DNA of 64,000 nt from Polymyxa betae A26-41 (taxonomy: Eukaryota > Protista > Endomyxa: Phytomyxea), in contig RBZT01000672.1 of the NCBI GenBank assembly GCA_003693705.1, positions 62,001 to 126,000 on the forward strand, given 5' to 3'. This document shows, in pieces, positions 63,701-64,000 of the stretch. Within the stretch, counting starts at the first letter, position 1. Each line of letters begins with the position of its first letter. Position numbers and translations under genes: made by a program. The notes below the pieces were generated by a model that searched no databases, was not told the origin of the DNA, and saw nothing but the letters and a program-made list of their open reading frames with translations.

Positions 63701-64000
63701 CTGCGAAAGGCATCAGCAAATGATAATGAGAATATTGCAAAGAATCACACCGTTTTGAAGAAACCCTACATGGCCGCCAGTGGGGATTAAAGCCAAAATC
63801 TGGTTCTCGTGCTTATCAAAAGCATCCAGCGGAATTCCGGCAGCTCTGAAAACATTCAGTTGCAACCCTTGAAGAAAAACTTGGAACAGTTCACATACGG
63901 GCATATCGGGTCGTCGGCAGAATGAATGCAAAGCAAAGGAACGCGAATAAGATGCAGTCTTGAGTCCTGAATCAAAAGAATAAAAAAACAGTTTGGGTAA

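Overview
Very compact, intron-rich eukaryotic nuclear DNA, not prokaryotic. It holds about 30 protein-coding genes split by many short (mostly 40-60 nt) GT-AG introns, plus at least two GC-AG introns, with very short intergenic gaps. Ciliary genes (CEP164, B9D2, an IQ-repeat C11orf65/MFI homologue) indicate a flagellated protist. The layout is most consistent with a plasmodiophorid (Phytomyxea, Rhizaria), but this taxonomic call is inference only. Recognisable genes in order: MCM7 (5'-partial), RIO1, MFS transporter, a highly divergent beta-tubulin, SmB, uL23/RPL23A, IQ/MFI-like, an uncharacterised internally duplicated protein, TAF5, GRAM-VASt lipid transfer protein, phosphatidylserine synthase, B9D2, VMP1, PH-domain protein, eEF2, CEP164, RNF115/126-like E3, tetraspanin-like, membrane-anchored S8 subtilase, PAQR, CTDSPL2, SPIRAL1/Jupiter-motif protein, Cu-ATPase, POLD3, NUP62, a secreted VWD/mucin-like protein and a front-end fatty-acid desaturase. 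The most notable observations not visible in the ORF track are: (1) a C/D-box snoRNA in the one long eEF2 intron, with a 12-nt guide to LSU rRNA helix 69; (2) a spliced protein with two copies of a p53/CP2-like motif unit plus a C-terminal IPT/TIG-like domain, a candidate new Ig-fold transcription factor; (3) the divergent beta-tubulin paralogue; (4) telomere-like motifs in promoters, introns and a minisatellite. Exon structures were inferred by eye and gene starts are approximate.
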